A stretch of 64,000 bases of DNA from Ginglymostoma cirratum (lineage: Eukaryota): the NCBI GenBank assembly GCA_024137785.1, contig JAHRHZ010000045.1, positions 21,251,288 through 21,315,287 of the forward strand. The letters run 5' to 3'. The notes under the pieces were generated by a model. It saw only the letters and a list, made by a program, of their open reading frames with translations, was not told the origin of the DNA and ran no database searches. The position numbers were made by a program, and so were the translations under genes. Positions 1 to 12,900 of the stretch are shown here, one piece after another (position 1 is the first letter of the stretch; each line of letters starts with the position of its first letter).

Positions 1-239
1 AGGGCTTTGGCACTGTGTTGATGTTTTAAAGAAAAGCTTACCCAAACCTACCCAAACATCAACCATTGGCAGACCTCAGGACCAATGCTGAGATTACTTA
101 AAGTTCTTAAGTGCTGATTGCAGACTTCTTTTAAATAACTCACTTTGATTGGGAGCAGGAGAAGTTGGATGGAGATGGAGCTCAGAAAGAGAGAGAAAAA
201 AGTAGGCAGACAAAGGGATGGATAATAGCAAGCCAAAGA

Positions 240-560
240 AGAAGAAAAGCTAGTTAGGTGACAATGGAGACAATGACAGGGTGAAAATGGGTTAGCTGTG
301 CTGCAAGTAGCCCATGTCGTGATAGGACCTGGGGTGTGGAGATCGGTAAAAGATATGGAAGGAGGTATCAGACTTTAAAATTATTGAACTTATTGTTGAG
401 TCCCAAAGGCTGCTGGGTCTATAAGTGAAAAATAGATGCTGTTCCTCCAGCTTGCACTGAGCATCGCTGGGGTACTGCAGCAAGCCTGAGACAGAGATGT
501 TGGCATGGGAACACAATAATGTTTTGAAGTGGCAGGCAATTGGAAGCTCGGGGTCATTTT
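240..560 (-). mobile_element. Old Penelope-like (Neptune-type) fragment, end of the GIY-YIG domain plus 3' UTR
   Basis: ORF 292..516 ANISVSGLLQYPSDAQCKLEEQHLFF resembles [25 protein letters not shown] in the 40730..41935 ORF. Confidence 0.65.
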
Positions 561-573
561 TATGGATGTTATT

Positions 574-1970
574 TGTTATAGACCCATTTCAAAGTGTCTA
601 TAACCACATGAAGCTGTCAAACAAACTGAAATGGCAGGAACCTTACTGTGATAATGTGATTTCATGAATGGGTAGTTATAACATATATTTGGTAAAGAAA
701 ATTAACCTATCTTTAAAAAGAGACCTGAGGAGACTTGCATAATGACTCCCAAAGATCCAAGACTTTCCTTGTGAATTTGTAAGAAGGGACTGGTGTATGG
801 CATATGGGAATCATGGGTTTCTAGGCTTAAAACTGAAAGCTGCTAAAACTTGGGAACAATTTATCCTTCTTTAGGAGATCTTAAGAGGAGATCAGATCAA
901 ACCAAGGGACAGGGAATAGTTAATGAGATCAGATGAAGAGACAGGCAGTCATATGAAAAGATAAGGTTAGGAGAAGATGACATCTGAGAAGGGACACAGA
1001 TTATTTAAACCAGATGTAGAAGCTGGCCTAGTGGACTTCTGTAAAGTAGAAATTGATTGTCTAAACATTGTATTAGTAGAACTGTTTGTTTCAACAAGAC
1101 ATCATACTCTTACGATATTCTTTGTTCCAGAGCAAGCCTCCCCTTTCATCTGGTGGTAAGAATGGAATATGCCATTTCAGGAGCATATCAGAGAGGAGAT
1201 TGTTCAAGGGATGCACCTCTTGTTTTATATTTTATTTTATCAGGTGTACTGTGGAAAGATTTACTTAAGAATCATGGGATCGATAATATAAGTAGTGTCA
1301 GAGAACCAAAGCCTGGAAACTTGAAGCATGATTCAACAGTTTGGGATAGCAGCCATTTTTACATTTTGGAACTTTATAAAAGTCCAGCTGTGATCAACCA
1401 TTTTGTGCAGAAATCTCATCTGAACACCATTATGAAACATCCTCTGAACAGTGAGACAGAGACTACTGTATCTTAACCTGAGAACCAAGAGCCACAAATT
1501 GCAATGCCATAAAATTGAATGAAAGGAGTCTCCACTCAGACACAGGATCTGTTTGTTTCAGTTTGCCTATGGGAACAACCTCCAACCACTGGATTCCAGA
1601 AGCCAAAGTTGCAGAATTTAATTTCAATTTTCAAACCCACCACTTAAGAAAAACAATCTTCAATCAAGTCAGACCTGCAATGAAATTGGAGATTGACCTT
1701 ATTTTTTATCTTAACATGTAACTTTTATCTTACTCACTTAAAATCTTTAAATCTGTGTTTCATCTAATAATGTTGCAATTTTTTAATGTAAATACTTTCT
1801 AACAATAAATGTTTTATAAATTAACCTTTTACTTTGTTAAAAACAAAGTTGTGTTACAAATTAAATTTAAATTAAAGCAGTCAAAAACTGAAAGAGCTCT
1901 ACAGACAAGATTGTACAAATTCTCAGATCACAGACCACTCTGAGAGTATGCCTGAAGTGTGGTCATGACA
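574..1970. mobile_element. Possible solo LTR
   Basis: Begins TGTTATAGACC and ends GGTCATGACA (imperfect TG...CA inverted ends); internal AATAAA near 1804; no TSD found. Confidence 0.3.
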
Positions 1971-2475
1971 AGAAGGTTGTAAAATCAGTTAAGCAGCAGC
2001 AACCTGATAATGGTAACCCTCAGGGTATTGCCAATAGGCAGAGTGAAACAGCAAGGAATTTTTTAAAACTGTGACAATACATTTTCAATTAATGGAAATG
2101 TAGGCGTTTTAATCACCTTTAAATCACAAAAGCTCCATTTCACAGTTCCTCTTGTTTTTTGACAAATGCATTTGCCATTTCCTTTTGATAGCTGTGTTGA
2201 CAATTATAATAGACTCAATGTGAATGAGCTTATGCACCTTTTATGCACATTCATGTCTACTTTTAACAAGTCGAACACACACACTTTACCTCTCCCAAAG
2301 GGCAATTCAACTCTACCGAAAGGTGTCCTGGCACTATATCCGAAGGGATACCCTACCTTTCCAAAAAGATATTCTCGATATAAAAACAAATCCACAAACT
2401 TCAGACCCTCTAAACTAGATCTAATTTGTGCAAGTGGCTTTTCACACACCTGGGTCACTGCAGAGAATAGAGAAT

Positions 2476-2553
2476 CTGAGATAATAAGGTGTAGAGCTGG
2501 ATGAACACAGCAGGCCACGCAGCATCAGAGAAGCAGGAAAGCTGACGCTATCT
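2476..2553 (-). mobile_element. 78-bp Neptune pLTR mini-insertion
   Basis: Matches the end of the element at 19292; flanked by CAGAGAATAGAGAAT (2461-2475) and CAGAGAGTAGAGAAT (2554-2568). Confidence 0.8.
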
Positions 2554-3125
2554 CAGAGAGTAGAGAATGTTGTGTTTGGGCTGGGGTGGGTAGGGTTAAT
2601 CTTCTGAGTTTTGGGCTCCTTTGCCACTTTCACAATGATGAAGAGATTCTCTTTCATTTCAAAGATCCAGGTCTATGTTTCAAAGATATTTAATTGGCTG
2701 GAACGTACTTTGGAATATCCTGAGGTCATGAAAGCTCTAAAAAAAAGTACAAGTCTATATTTTTCTATTGTATGGTTGCTAATTACTGACTAACTTGAAA
2801 TTGACAACAATAGCAAGTGTGCAATTTAACACTGTGCTTCACTCATGATAGTGGGTGCTGATAGCCAGATGTAAGTCCCTCAACCCATAGACCAAATTAC
2901 AATAATTAAAATACAGTTTATTTCTGATATTAACAATGTATCTCAAGAACAAGAAACCCTTTAATCTTTACTATTACACTACAAACACACCGAGAGCTGA
3001 TTCAATTCAGGATAATATAAAGTTGAATTAAGTTTGTTGATGCTAATTGATGTTGCTGAGAAAAAAACTGGATATAGCTGAGCCAGAATCTAATAAACAG
3101 AAATGATGCAGCTGACTGGAGTTGT

Positions 3126-3158
3126 AGCTCTAACATTTTAACAGCTCTAACATTTTAA
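3126..3158. repeat. Tandem duplication, 17-bp period
   Basis: agctctaacattttaa-c-agctctaacattttaa. Confidence 0.9.
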
Positions 3159-3159
3159 A

Positions 3160-4030
3160 CTAAGGACCCTTTCCTACTAGCTCTCAAAGTACGGCACCTC
3201 TCCCTATCGATTAAGATCAATGCCACGATCCTGTAAAATGTGGACCATTTTATACAACTTGGGTGCCTCCTCTTGATGAAGGCAGACAGATTATGACATC
3301 TATTATCACCTCCAATGTGCCAGCTCAGCCTATGGTGCATTGAAAAAAGTATCTGAGAAGCAGGATCTCAAATATGAAACTAAGATCATGGTTTGCTGAG
3401 CACTAGTGAATGCCACACTTTTTTGCTTTGGAGCATAGAAAACATATAGGAAGCAACTGAGAGCATCGTTGAAGTACCATCAGTGGAGCTTTTGCAAGAT
3501 CCTCCAAATCCAGACAAGGAATGCAATTCAATAGCAATGTCCTGTCTCAAATCATTATATCCAACATCAGGGTATTAATCACCCAAAAATCTGACCCAGT
3601 GCAGGGGCAGAACATTTGCTCATAAGCCAAACAGCAGTCACTTAAAGCTACTGCTCTACTTGGTACTTAGTGGTGGCAGGACCACCCCCAACCCCACAGG
3701 AAGACAATGAAAATACTTTAGGGCAAACCTTGAATCATTCCGAAGAGGCTAAACGTCCAAGCAGACTCATGGAAATCCTTGGCTTGACTGACCAAAATAG
3801 AGACGGTTCAATTGGGAAAATAGCAAACCCATTAAGGGGAATGAACAAAGGTAGTCAAGGAGCCAAAGGTCTGAGTGCACGAACCTCCCAACAACTCATC
3901 TACCTACCCTTCCAAGCACACCTACCCCATATGTCACCGGGTCTGCAGAATGAACTTGTCAGCTACCTCAGAACCCATTGAACACAAAGTGAAAGCAAAT
4001 CATCCTCAATTCTAAGGCACTGCCTATAAA
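3160..4030 (+). mobile_element. Decayed RTE-clade LINE 3' fragment
   Basis: NVDHFIQLGCLLLMKAD-like remnants parallel QTVDHFQCLRTVLSAKAD of the RTE copy near 58.7 kb; RTE-like 3' end tcatcctc...aaggcactgcc. Confidence 0.6.
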
Positions 4031-4304
4031 AGAGACAAAAATTCAATCAAAAGGAGAGTGACATTGAAGGCTAGTTTATCACTCAGTAACCATGGTAAGC
4101 ATCAACAAAAAAACGTGAACACTACTCAGATATATTTAAAACTGATCAACGTTGACATTGCTGAAGATTGTCTTGTTTCTTCAAGCAAGCCTTCCAAGAC
4201 TAACAATGCTACAATTAAGGCTGTCCTATTTTGCACTCTATCAGTCCTGCCTTTTCATTCCTTTTCCTGCGCCCACGTCCTTCCTCAAAACCTATTACAT
4301 TTCT

Positions 4305-4610
4305 AGAATAAAACAAAGAACTACAGATGCTGGAAATCTGAAACAAAAAACGTAAAATGCCAGAGAAACTCAGCAGGTCTGGCTACTTGTGTAGTGACCC
4401 TTTGTCAATGGACTCGAAATTCTAACTTTTTTTTCCTCCACTGATGCTGCCAGACCTACTGAGTTTCTCCAGAACTCTTTCTATTACATTACTAACCTTT
4501 TTCCACAATTCTGAATTAAAGGTAACTGATATGAAACGTTAGCTCTGATTCCCCTCTTCACAGATGTTATTCGATCTGCTGAGAACTCTCTGTATTTTGT
4601 TTTCGTTTTT
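4305..4610. mobile_element. PLE pLTR-like mini-elements (family B): one inverted pair plus one decayed copy
   Basis: gagaaactcagcaggtctggc is followed by its reverse complement gatgctgccagacctactgagtttctc; a second copy lies at 4510-4610. Confidence 0.7.
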
Positions 4611-4619
4611 TAAATAGAT

Positions 4620-4850
4620 TCGGGTTCCTCCGCCCACAAACTACAAGTCCCAGTGTGCTGCGTGTTCACACACCTGCGCAGTAGGATCTCGGGTCGTGGG
4701 GTGAAAGTTCATGGAAGGAGGTTTTGGCGCGTGAGAGGCTGATTAACCCGGGAAGGAGACGGTGTTAGGGTCGCGTGGTAATTTTGATTAATGGTTACGG
4801 TTGGTGAGTGCCGGACTAGCATTGGGAATTGATTCCGTACTTTCCGCGGA
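4620..4850 (+). promoter_or_regulatory. CpG-rich TATA-less ORC5 promoter with GC box, ZNF143/THAP11-type motif and E2F site
   Basis: Local CpG cluster in non-repeat DNA. CCTCCGCCC 4627-4635; ACTACAAGTCCCAG 4640-4653 (ACTACAnnTCCCA consensus); TTTGGCGC 4723-4730 (E2F TTTSSCGC). Lies about 2 kb upstream of the first coding exon. Confidence 0.75.
4680..4803 (+). other. ORC5: Predicted non-coding first exon of ORC5 (start approximate)
   Basis: Donor TTG|GTGAGT at 4803/4804, with an alternative GTG|GTAATT at 4777/4778. The ATG-containing exon has its own acceptor (cctacag|6808), which implies an upstream exon. Confidence 0.6.
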
Positions 4851-6274
4851 TCTAAAAAAGAGTGCCAGTTGGTTTCAAACACATTGGAGTATGAAGTTGG
4901 TTTTAAACTTTGACGTGTCTTTCTTTTAAAAATAACAATTCATCTTAAGAAGATTTGGTCCAAGTGAGGAAAACAACAAGTAGCGGCCTCTCTAGGTGGG
5001 TGGCATTTTTTTTTGACGATCGGTTAACTGTTAAATTGTTTAAAGGCTATGATGCATTTCGCAAAACGTTTTGGCATCTTAAATGGATTCAGTAAGGTGG
5101 ATTCACACAAGAGTTTTCAGTTTTTACACAAAATGTTTTTAGATTGAACAACCCCCCCCCCCCATATGTTTTCGTTGCAAACATTTTTATCTTCATACAG
5201 GCAAATTTTAGAAATAAACACCCCTACAGCTTTCGTGCTGACAATTCAAAACAATAAGGGGAATGAGTGTTCTGTCGAGAATGCTCAATTTTGTATTTCA
5301 GTCTGGAGGAATCCCAGTTTGTTTTTTCCGTCTCACTTGCCTGTTTTTAAAATTTTCTTTGCTTTTTTAAAAAATCTTGTGTGTTTCTGCTGTGCTCCAC
5401 CCTCTTACAAAATTTCCCTTTTGATTATATTTTCCACCTTAACCACTCATACCTTCCCTTGACCCTTTTCACTTGCTCAAAACTTGATGCACTTTTTTCC
5501 TTGTCCTACTCTGGTCGGAAACATCTGAGATGTTTACGTGGTTTTGCTCTGCATATGTTTTGTCAGGCCTGTTGTATTTCCAGCATTTTCTGTTATTTCA
5601 AATTTCTGCCATCTGCAGTATTTTTTCTTCGTTTGAGAGACAGGAAATAATTCGATGCATGCAGCTCGTTTTTACTTATGATGTAATGTGAACTATGTTG
5701 CAACTTAAATCTTAATGGAAATTTTAGAAATTAATGCTGACCACAAATATTTAAGTAAATGTTTGTATATTTGGATGCAGAAACATGACCTATTAAACCA
5801 CAGATCGGAGTTGCCTACGATTGCTTCTGTTTCAAGTTTGTTGTATTATTAACTTGAAATTCTCATTTTTGTTTCTAAATTCCTTAATGTCATTGCTTCA
5901 ACTTCCATGCTGTTCCGACTCTGACTTCTGTGCACCGTCTTCTGTCTTTGCCCAACCGTTGGTGAATTGCCTTCAGTCCTAAGCTGTAGAGATTTCTACT
6001 TCTAACTTTGTGCTTTTTGAGATGCTTATTAAATCTTCCACCTCCTCTTTCAAGTGCACCTCATGATGTTTTTGTTGTGCTGATTCTGATTCTATGAGGG
6101 AACGCCTTAGGATATTTTCTGATGCTTAAAAATATTATGTAAATGCTAATTGTTGTTGTAGCCGTGAAGGTGAGAACAGTGAGGCTGCAGATCCAAAAAA
6201 AGTCCAGAAGTTAAATAATGTCACATAAGACTTGATTAATTGAATACCATAGATGATTTTATTGATATTTTCTT

Positions 6275-6369
6275 ATCAACCTGTTTGGAGTGGTCATTAC
6301 ACATCTCTGGAGCAGATGGGACTTGAACCTAGGCCTCCTGGCTCAGAGGTAGCACTGCACCACAAGAGC
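6275..6369 (-). mobile_element. Short tRNA-derived SINE
   Basis: Reverse strand has A-box-like TGTGGTGCAGTG and B box GGTTCAAGTCCC (6318-6329); related copies near 16755-16830, 43255-43345 and 63113-63165. Confidence 0.7.
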
Positions 6370-6816
6370 ATTTTTAGACATCTTATATACATTTGCAGGG
6401 TGCAGACACCAATCTCATGACAGGGTAGCCCAAGAAAGGGATTCATGTTATGCCCCTCTTCCTGTCCTTGAGGTATGCCATTACTGTACCATGTCTTTAT
6501 GACTGAAATTTGCAGTCAGTTATTTTTCTCTGCAACCTCATTTGCTATTATTCAAAAATAGAAGCCTTTCATTGTGAAGGTTTAAGTGTCCCATTTTTTC
6601 CAAATGTGATAGGCCTGTTTCCTTTGACATTACACCTTAGAAATTATTTTGAATATGAATAGTGTAGGTAAACAAAGTATCACATTCTTCAAAGCATCAA
6701 TAATTGCTTAAGTTAATACCTATACAAAATAGTGAGAATAATCTTTCAATATGTTTAATTTAATTCGTTCTTATTTTGTAATCTATGGGGGAACTTTGTT
6801 CCTACAGTTTGTAAAG

Positions 6817-6927
6817 ATGTCTAAAGTTGATCATGGCGAATATCCAGACGACAGAATCCTCTTACTGAAAGAGAAATTGATTTGTCGGGATCCTCAGATT
6901 TTAACTCTGCAGTCAATACTGGGAGAG
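6817..6927 (+). CDS. ORC5: ORC5 coding exon 1 (exon starts at 6808)
   Basis: [37 protein letters not shown]; acceptor ctttgttcctacag, donor GAG|gtaatt. Confidence 0.88.
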
Positions 6928-9900
6928 GTAATTTTATATTTTAAATGAATTGGCTGAATTTTGATACCATATTTTTAGGCCAAAATTCTGAGGTGGACCT
7001 TTGCTGTTCGTGCCTTTGAGGGATTGACATGCATGCTTAATTTGTGCCCAGGAAAGACCATTGTAAGGAATAAAATAGATAACACTAAAGAATGTAAATT
7101 GATTCAGTAATATTTATTTTATATTGTATTAATATAAACATTCAATTTAATTCAATATTAATAAAATGATAAAGCAACTACAACACTTCATATTGAATTC
7201 CTTCAAAATCACTAACCTCTGTCTGAATCACCAAACGATTTGTCCTAATATCCTGATTGTATAACAGCATGTGGACCTTCGTCATCGTCTTCGTTATTGT
7301 TTGACATTGGCCTTCAATTCTGAAATCCCATAGTTCTTTGTATCTGCTGTGGGTGCAGGGTTGGTTGGTGCTGCAGTTGATAATACAGCGATTTTACTAA
7401 TGCTTGTTAACTCGTTCTGCCAAATTTTTCTTTAGTTTAAATCAGGCTTTATACTTGTTATTCTGGGTCAAAGTTATCATGATAGATTATGTTGCACATT
7501 AGTCTCATTGGTTGGGAGATAATTAGTAGAAAAAATCTAAAGTTTCCACAGGTACTTTGAATAAATACAGTTCATTAATTTACTATGCAATATTAATAAT
7601 CACAGCCTATATTTCAGATAACCGTGGGTGTGAAAAATCTAGTTAGATCAGATTCTCTAGAACTTTGTTTTAAGAAATGCATACCTCCTTTAGACGTTTC
7701 AGGATTTGTGAAAATATTTCATTTGACCTTCCAGCCTCACCATTATAGTTATCCATCCATTTTTGTGTACGGACATACTGCCACAGGGAAAACCTATGTG
7801 ACGCAAACATTGCTGAAGACGTTGAAGGTAAGATGAAATGAGAGCTCCAGTTGCCAAACAAGCGTATTACTTATTAATTGTAGTAACCTGGGAACCTTAA
7901 GTTGTAGATTTGCCACATCAGTGATACGGATTTCCAAAAACTTGCATTTGTATCGTGCCAATGGTGTAGAAAACGTCCGAAGGTCTGCAAAATGTAATGA
8001 AAATAGGCGAGAATAAGATAAATCTCCATTTGCATGCTGTAATATGATCTTGGGGGGAGTGAGAAAGAAAACTGGAGATGTGAATGATTACACCAGCTAG
8101 AGAAAAGGTGGAAGCTGGAAATGTTAGAATGACAACTTGTCAGATGATGAGCTTTCCCAGTACTGTTATGTGGTGCAAGAGTATGCCAGAAAGCCGACCT
8201 ACTCAAAGCTGTATTAAAATCAAGGGGCATGTTTGTCATTTGAGTTGTTAAGGTGAAAAATAACGTTTATTGTCAACTAGGAGTGTGAAATATGATGAAC
8301 TTTGCAAATCAAGATATTATATTCAAATGTGAATGAAACTGGTCTGTTTTCAACGGTGTAAGTCTTACCTTATTTTGTATTTGAAATGTTTGATACCTCA
8401 CATTTCTACCATTGTATTTTACTGTGAAGTTTGATGCTGGTATCGCATTGATCGTTATTTTTGACAATTTAAGGATTGCAGTTTCTAGCAGTTCTCATTG
8501 TCACAATAAAAGTAGTCATACTTCATCTAATACATACATCATGTTGTGAGACATTTTGAAAAGCAGACGCAAATAAGAATTGCAAAATCGTGATGTGATT
8601 TAAGAAATTGACTGTAAAACTTCATTATGTTTTTGTACTCTGCATTCTAAGCTCAGGAACTAATATATTCTCTTGAATGGCAATTGTGCTTAGTTTGTGA
8701 AATGACTACAAATTTCAAATCATTTTTATAATGAAGTAGTTAAAAGTGAAGTTGCTGTTTTTCTGGAGCAGAGATCTGAACATTGATTATTTTGCTAGAA
8801 TGGTACTTTGAACGGTGGGCAAAATAACTTTGCTGGCTTGATCTCAAAGCTGTCTTGTCTTTTTTTTTAGAAAAGAAGCCCACTTCCTACTGACTGTGGG
8901 ATAAACTAACACATGTTGAAAGGTTTGACCATATTTTCTCAACTGAAAGAATGATGACTGAGAAGCAGTTGTTGAAATCTGAATGGAGGTGATATGGACA
9001 ATATGCATTGCTATGCAATTACCCCAATTTATTTGATAAATAAAGAGGACCTCATTATCTGCAAAAGGCATTTATAAATCTTGTCTGACTGGAATAGATT
9101 TATTGTGCTACGTGTTTTCCTTTTTATGTATTTTGCTGTAGAAGGTAGGAAGAGTTTTCCTTTGAAGTAAAATCACTTCATTTAGATTTAATGGTGATTA
9201 TTTGAACTTTCTGCTATCTCAGCATTGCATGTAGTGTTCCATTTGCAAGTCATATATTATTTCTTTTGCAAACATTTGAACTGATATAGTATATCTTTGC
9301 ATTATACAACTAAGGTTACGTCAGAATCATTGTCTGTAAGGTGCAAAATAAATGCTCATTTCTTTACTCAAGTTGAGCCACAGTTGTTTAAAATATGTTA
9401 AATATCATGTCACAAGTATGGAAGCTTGTGTAAATTTAGGTTCTGCTATTTGCATAGTATGCACTGGCCCGCTTGACTGGGATCTTGATGAATGAACTGC
9501 ACTTGTCATTTGGCTGATTTGAGTTGTACTGTCTGTTTTGCGCACAAGGTCATGAAGCAGATAGGTGTTGATGTGTCACATTGATAACATGAGTGATCCT
9601 TGAGAAATGCTTGGATTTAATTGTGCCTTTCATGTTGACCGGAAACCCCAAAGTGCTTCACAGACAAGTATTGTTACTATTGTTGTATTAGAAACATGGT
9701 AGCCAATTTCTGACTTGCAGGCTCCTCGAAGATATGCTAATGGCCAGAGAATCTTTTTGTAAGATTTCAAGGTTCAATATTGGTTAAGATGCCAGTATTA
9801 ACTTGGAGCTGTTCTTCAGAATTGAGATATAGGGAGTTTGTATCACCTGAGAGGGTAGATTGGCCCTCAATTTAACATATCATCTGAAGCCAATACATTT

Positions 9901-12900
9901 GACAGCAGTAACTTCTGTATGGTCACATTGGAGCACTTATGTTGACTTCCGTGCTTAAGTCTTTCGGTGTAAGTTTTGAATTCACAACGTTCTGCAACCT
10001 GCAGTGATGTGCAACGGTCAATATACTCCCTTTCTCTTTGTTTTTGAAAGCATAAGTAAGAGGGATTTCATAATCTTCTAATTCACTCACCAGTAATCCA
10101 AAAGTCGCCTGCAACCAGCTTTAATTGGAAATTCTAACGTGGTGGCATTTCCTTTTCCTAATGAGTCAGTCAATCATTAACTCTTCCCTGAAAATTAGGG
10201 AGAGAAAAAAATACAGGATTTCAATATTAAAGCTGCAACATAAGGATGATTTAAAAACAAGCAAGTGATAACATATCTTCTGACTCCACTGGGAGATCCA
10301 TTATTGGATTTAAATATATAAGCCAGTGGTACCAGCAGACGATGGTCTCACGATTGTGACCACTGTGTGAGGGGAAATAGATGCTTCTGTGCAGTGACTG
10401 AAAGAAGGTGAATATGGGATTTTCACATGTATGATATTGCTATCAGATGATTGTCATGATTTTGAATCCTGTCACAGTCAGATTATGTCACCATCAAGTT
10501 CAACTTCATGAAACCAAATCATGTTTCTGCTCAGTAGTTGAGTGCTGAAATTTCCTGATGTGGAGATGCCGGTGTTAGACTGGGGTGGACAAAGTCAGAA
10601 GTCACATGACACCAGGTATTGGTCCTTTCAGAACACTTTTTACCAGATGAAGGAGTAGCACTCCAAAAACTTGTGATTTTAAGTAAACCTGTTGGGCTAT
10701 CACCTGGTGGCATGTAACTTCTGACTGAATTTTCCTGTTCAAGGTGGCCATAAACATCAGCTGGTTGAGCAGGGTTGTTTGGCCTTACTGCCTGTCTCGC
10801 TTCTTGAGTTATGTCCATGTTCTTGGAGTAGACTTGTGTGGTGTCCATGCTCAAAGCCTTCAATGGCTGTTGGCCAATTCAGGAGTTAGTGTGCATTGTT
10901 ATTTTTCAACTGTTTTTAATTCGAATTTTGTGTTTTTTAATTTTATACTTCTGGTTTCCGCGACAGAGCCCCTTTTTAAGGGACTAACACCTTTTTTTAA
11001 TTTCTATATAATTTGATCTAATTTGGCTCAGACAGCAGCTCCCACTATCACTGTGTATGCTTGTAACAACAACATAATTAAATATTCTACTTTTAAGGTT
11101 TTGGAGTAGATTTGTATCTTGGGTTGTGGGTGTTGAGCCCTCTACGTGCTAAAAAGACTTAAACAAACTGGACAGTTCAACAAAACAGACTTCTTAAGAA
11201 CGAAACCCGAAGGAACCAACACACCCCGATTCTACGGCCTCCTGAAAGTGCACAAGCTGGAAGTACCCCTTAGATCCATAGTCTCCCTACCAGGCACTCC
11301 ATCACACAGATTAGCCAAGGAACTACAAAGGAGACTCGGGCATCGAGTTAACAAGTCACCCCACTCCATCCACTCAGCCCAAGAATTCCTCAACTCCATC
11401 AAAGACATAAAGATAGACGACGAGGAGACCATGATATCGTTTGATGTCACTGCCCTATTTATATCAATAGACATACCACTAGCAAGGGAAAGAATCACAG
11501 CACGACTGGAACAACGGTAAGGCCCCAGTGAAACCATCTCCACAGACAACCTGCTCCAACTACTGGACCTATGCTTCACCACCCACTTCACTTTCAACGG
11601 CCAAACATACGAACAAATCAACGGGACACCCATGGGATCACCTATCTCCGGACTCATAGCAGAAGCAGTGATGCAAAGACTAGAAGGGACTGCCCTTTGG
11701 CTAATCCAACCAAAACGGACCAAACTCGCGGAGGCGCACAAACTCATGAACAACACCATCACTGGAATAAAATTCACCAGAGAGGAGGAGAAGAACAAAC
11801 GGCTCTCATTCCTGGACGTCATGGTAGAGCACAAGACAAATGGGGAACTCCAAACGAAAGTACACAAAAAAAAGCCACACACACAGACCAGGTACTGAAC
11901 TTCAACAGTAACCATCCCAACACACACAAACGAAGCTGCGTGCGAACACTATTTAAACGGGCAGCAATACAGAACTACGCCAAGAGGAAGAATGTTACCT
12001 CTTCCAAGTATTCAAGGATAATGGATATCCAAAAAACTGGGTCAGAAGATGCCTATACGAACAACATCAGGAAGATACTGCAAGCCCTGACACACTCATC
12101 ATACCACCCTACATCAGGAACACATCGGAAATCACCACAAGACTTCTACGACCGCTGGGCGTCAGAGTGGCACACAAGCCCACATCAACCCTACGACAAC
12201 TGCTCACCCGAACTAAAGACCCATTCCTGCCATGGCCAGGACCAGGGTCATCTACAAGATCCGCTGCAGAGACCGTGAGAAACACTACATTGGACAAACA
12301 GGAAGGAAACTAACAACAAGGGTACACGAACACCAACTGGCTACAAAAAGACCACAACCAATACTCATTCATCTCAATCCACATGGATAAGGAGAACCAC
12401 CAATTCGACTGGGGCAACACCAAAATCCTGGGACAAGCTAAGCAGAGACAGGCACGGGAATTCCTAGAAGCCTGGTACTCCTCGAAGCATACTATTAATA
12501 AACATATTGAACTCGTCCCCATATACACTCTGCTATGAAGGAAAACCTGAAGTGAGGCAATCCAGCTCAACAGACTCCAGAGTTTAAAAACCAGGTGGGA
12601 AAACACACTGATGCTTCATTGGAGGCTGCACTGATGATGTTACCCAGCAGGGTAATGAAACGTCTGCGGAACAACAAACCAGCTCGGCGAGCCAACCGAC
12701 CTCAAAGTTCTACTTTTTTTTAGTAAAAGATGAATAGGACTGTTGATTCTTTACATAGTGTTCTGTTTCAATGTTTGTCCATTCTACAAATGCGTTTTGA
12801 GATCTGATTATTCATATCATAATGTTACTTAGAAAACAAATGTTACATTATGGTCACTGTTATTTCATAAAGAATCAGGTATGATGTGATGAAACTGGTC

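Noticed and set aside
1057-1476. 139-aa ORF upstream of ORC5
   Set aside because: No recognisable domain or splice structure; lies in a putative LTR-like region
6275-6369. tRNA gene
   Set aside because: Has A/B boxes but no full cloverleaf, and recurs as decayed dispersed copies, so it is a SINE
6817-6855. N-terminal extension of ORC5 relative to human
   Set aside because: About 13 extra residues; as recalled, non-mammalian ORC5 proteins are similarly longer, so probably not unusual (not verified)
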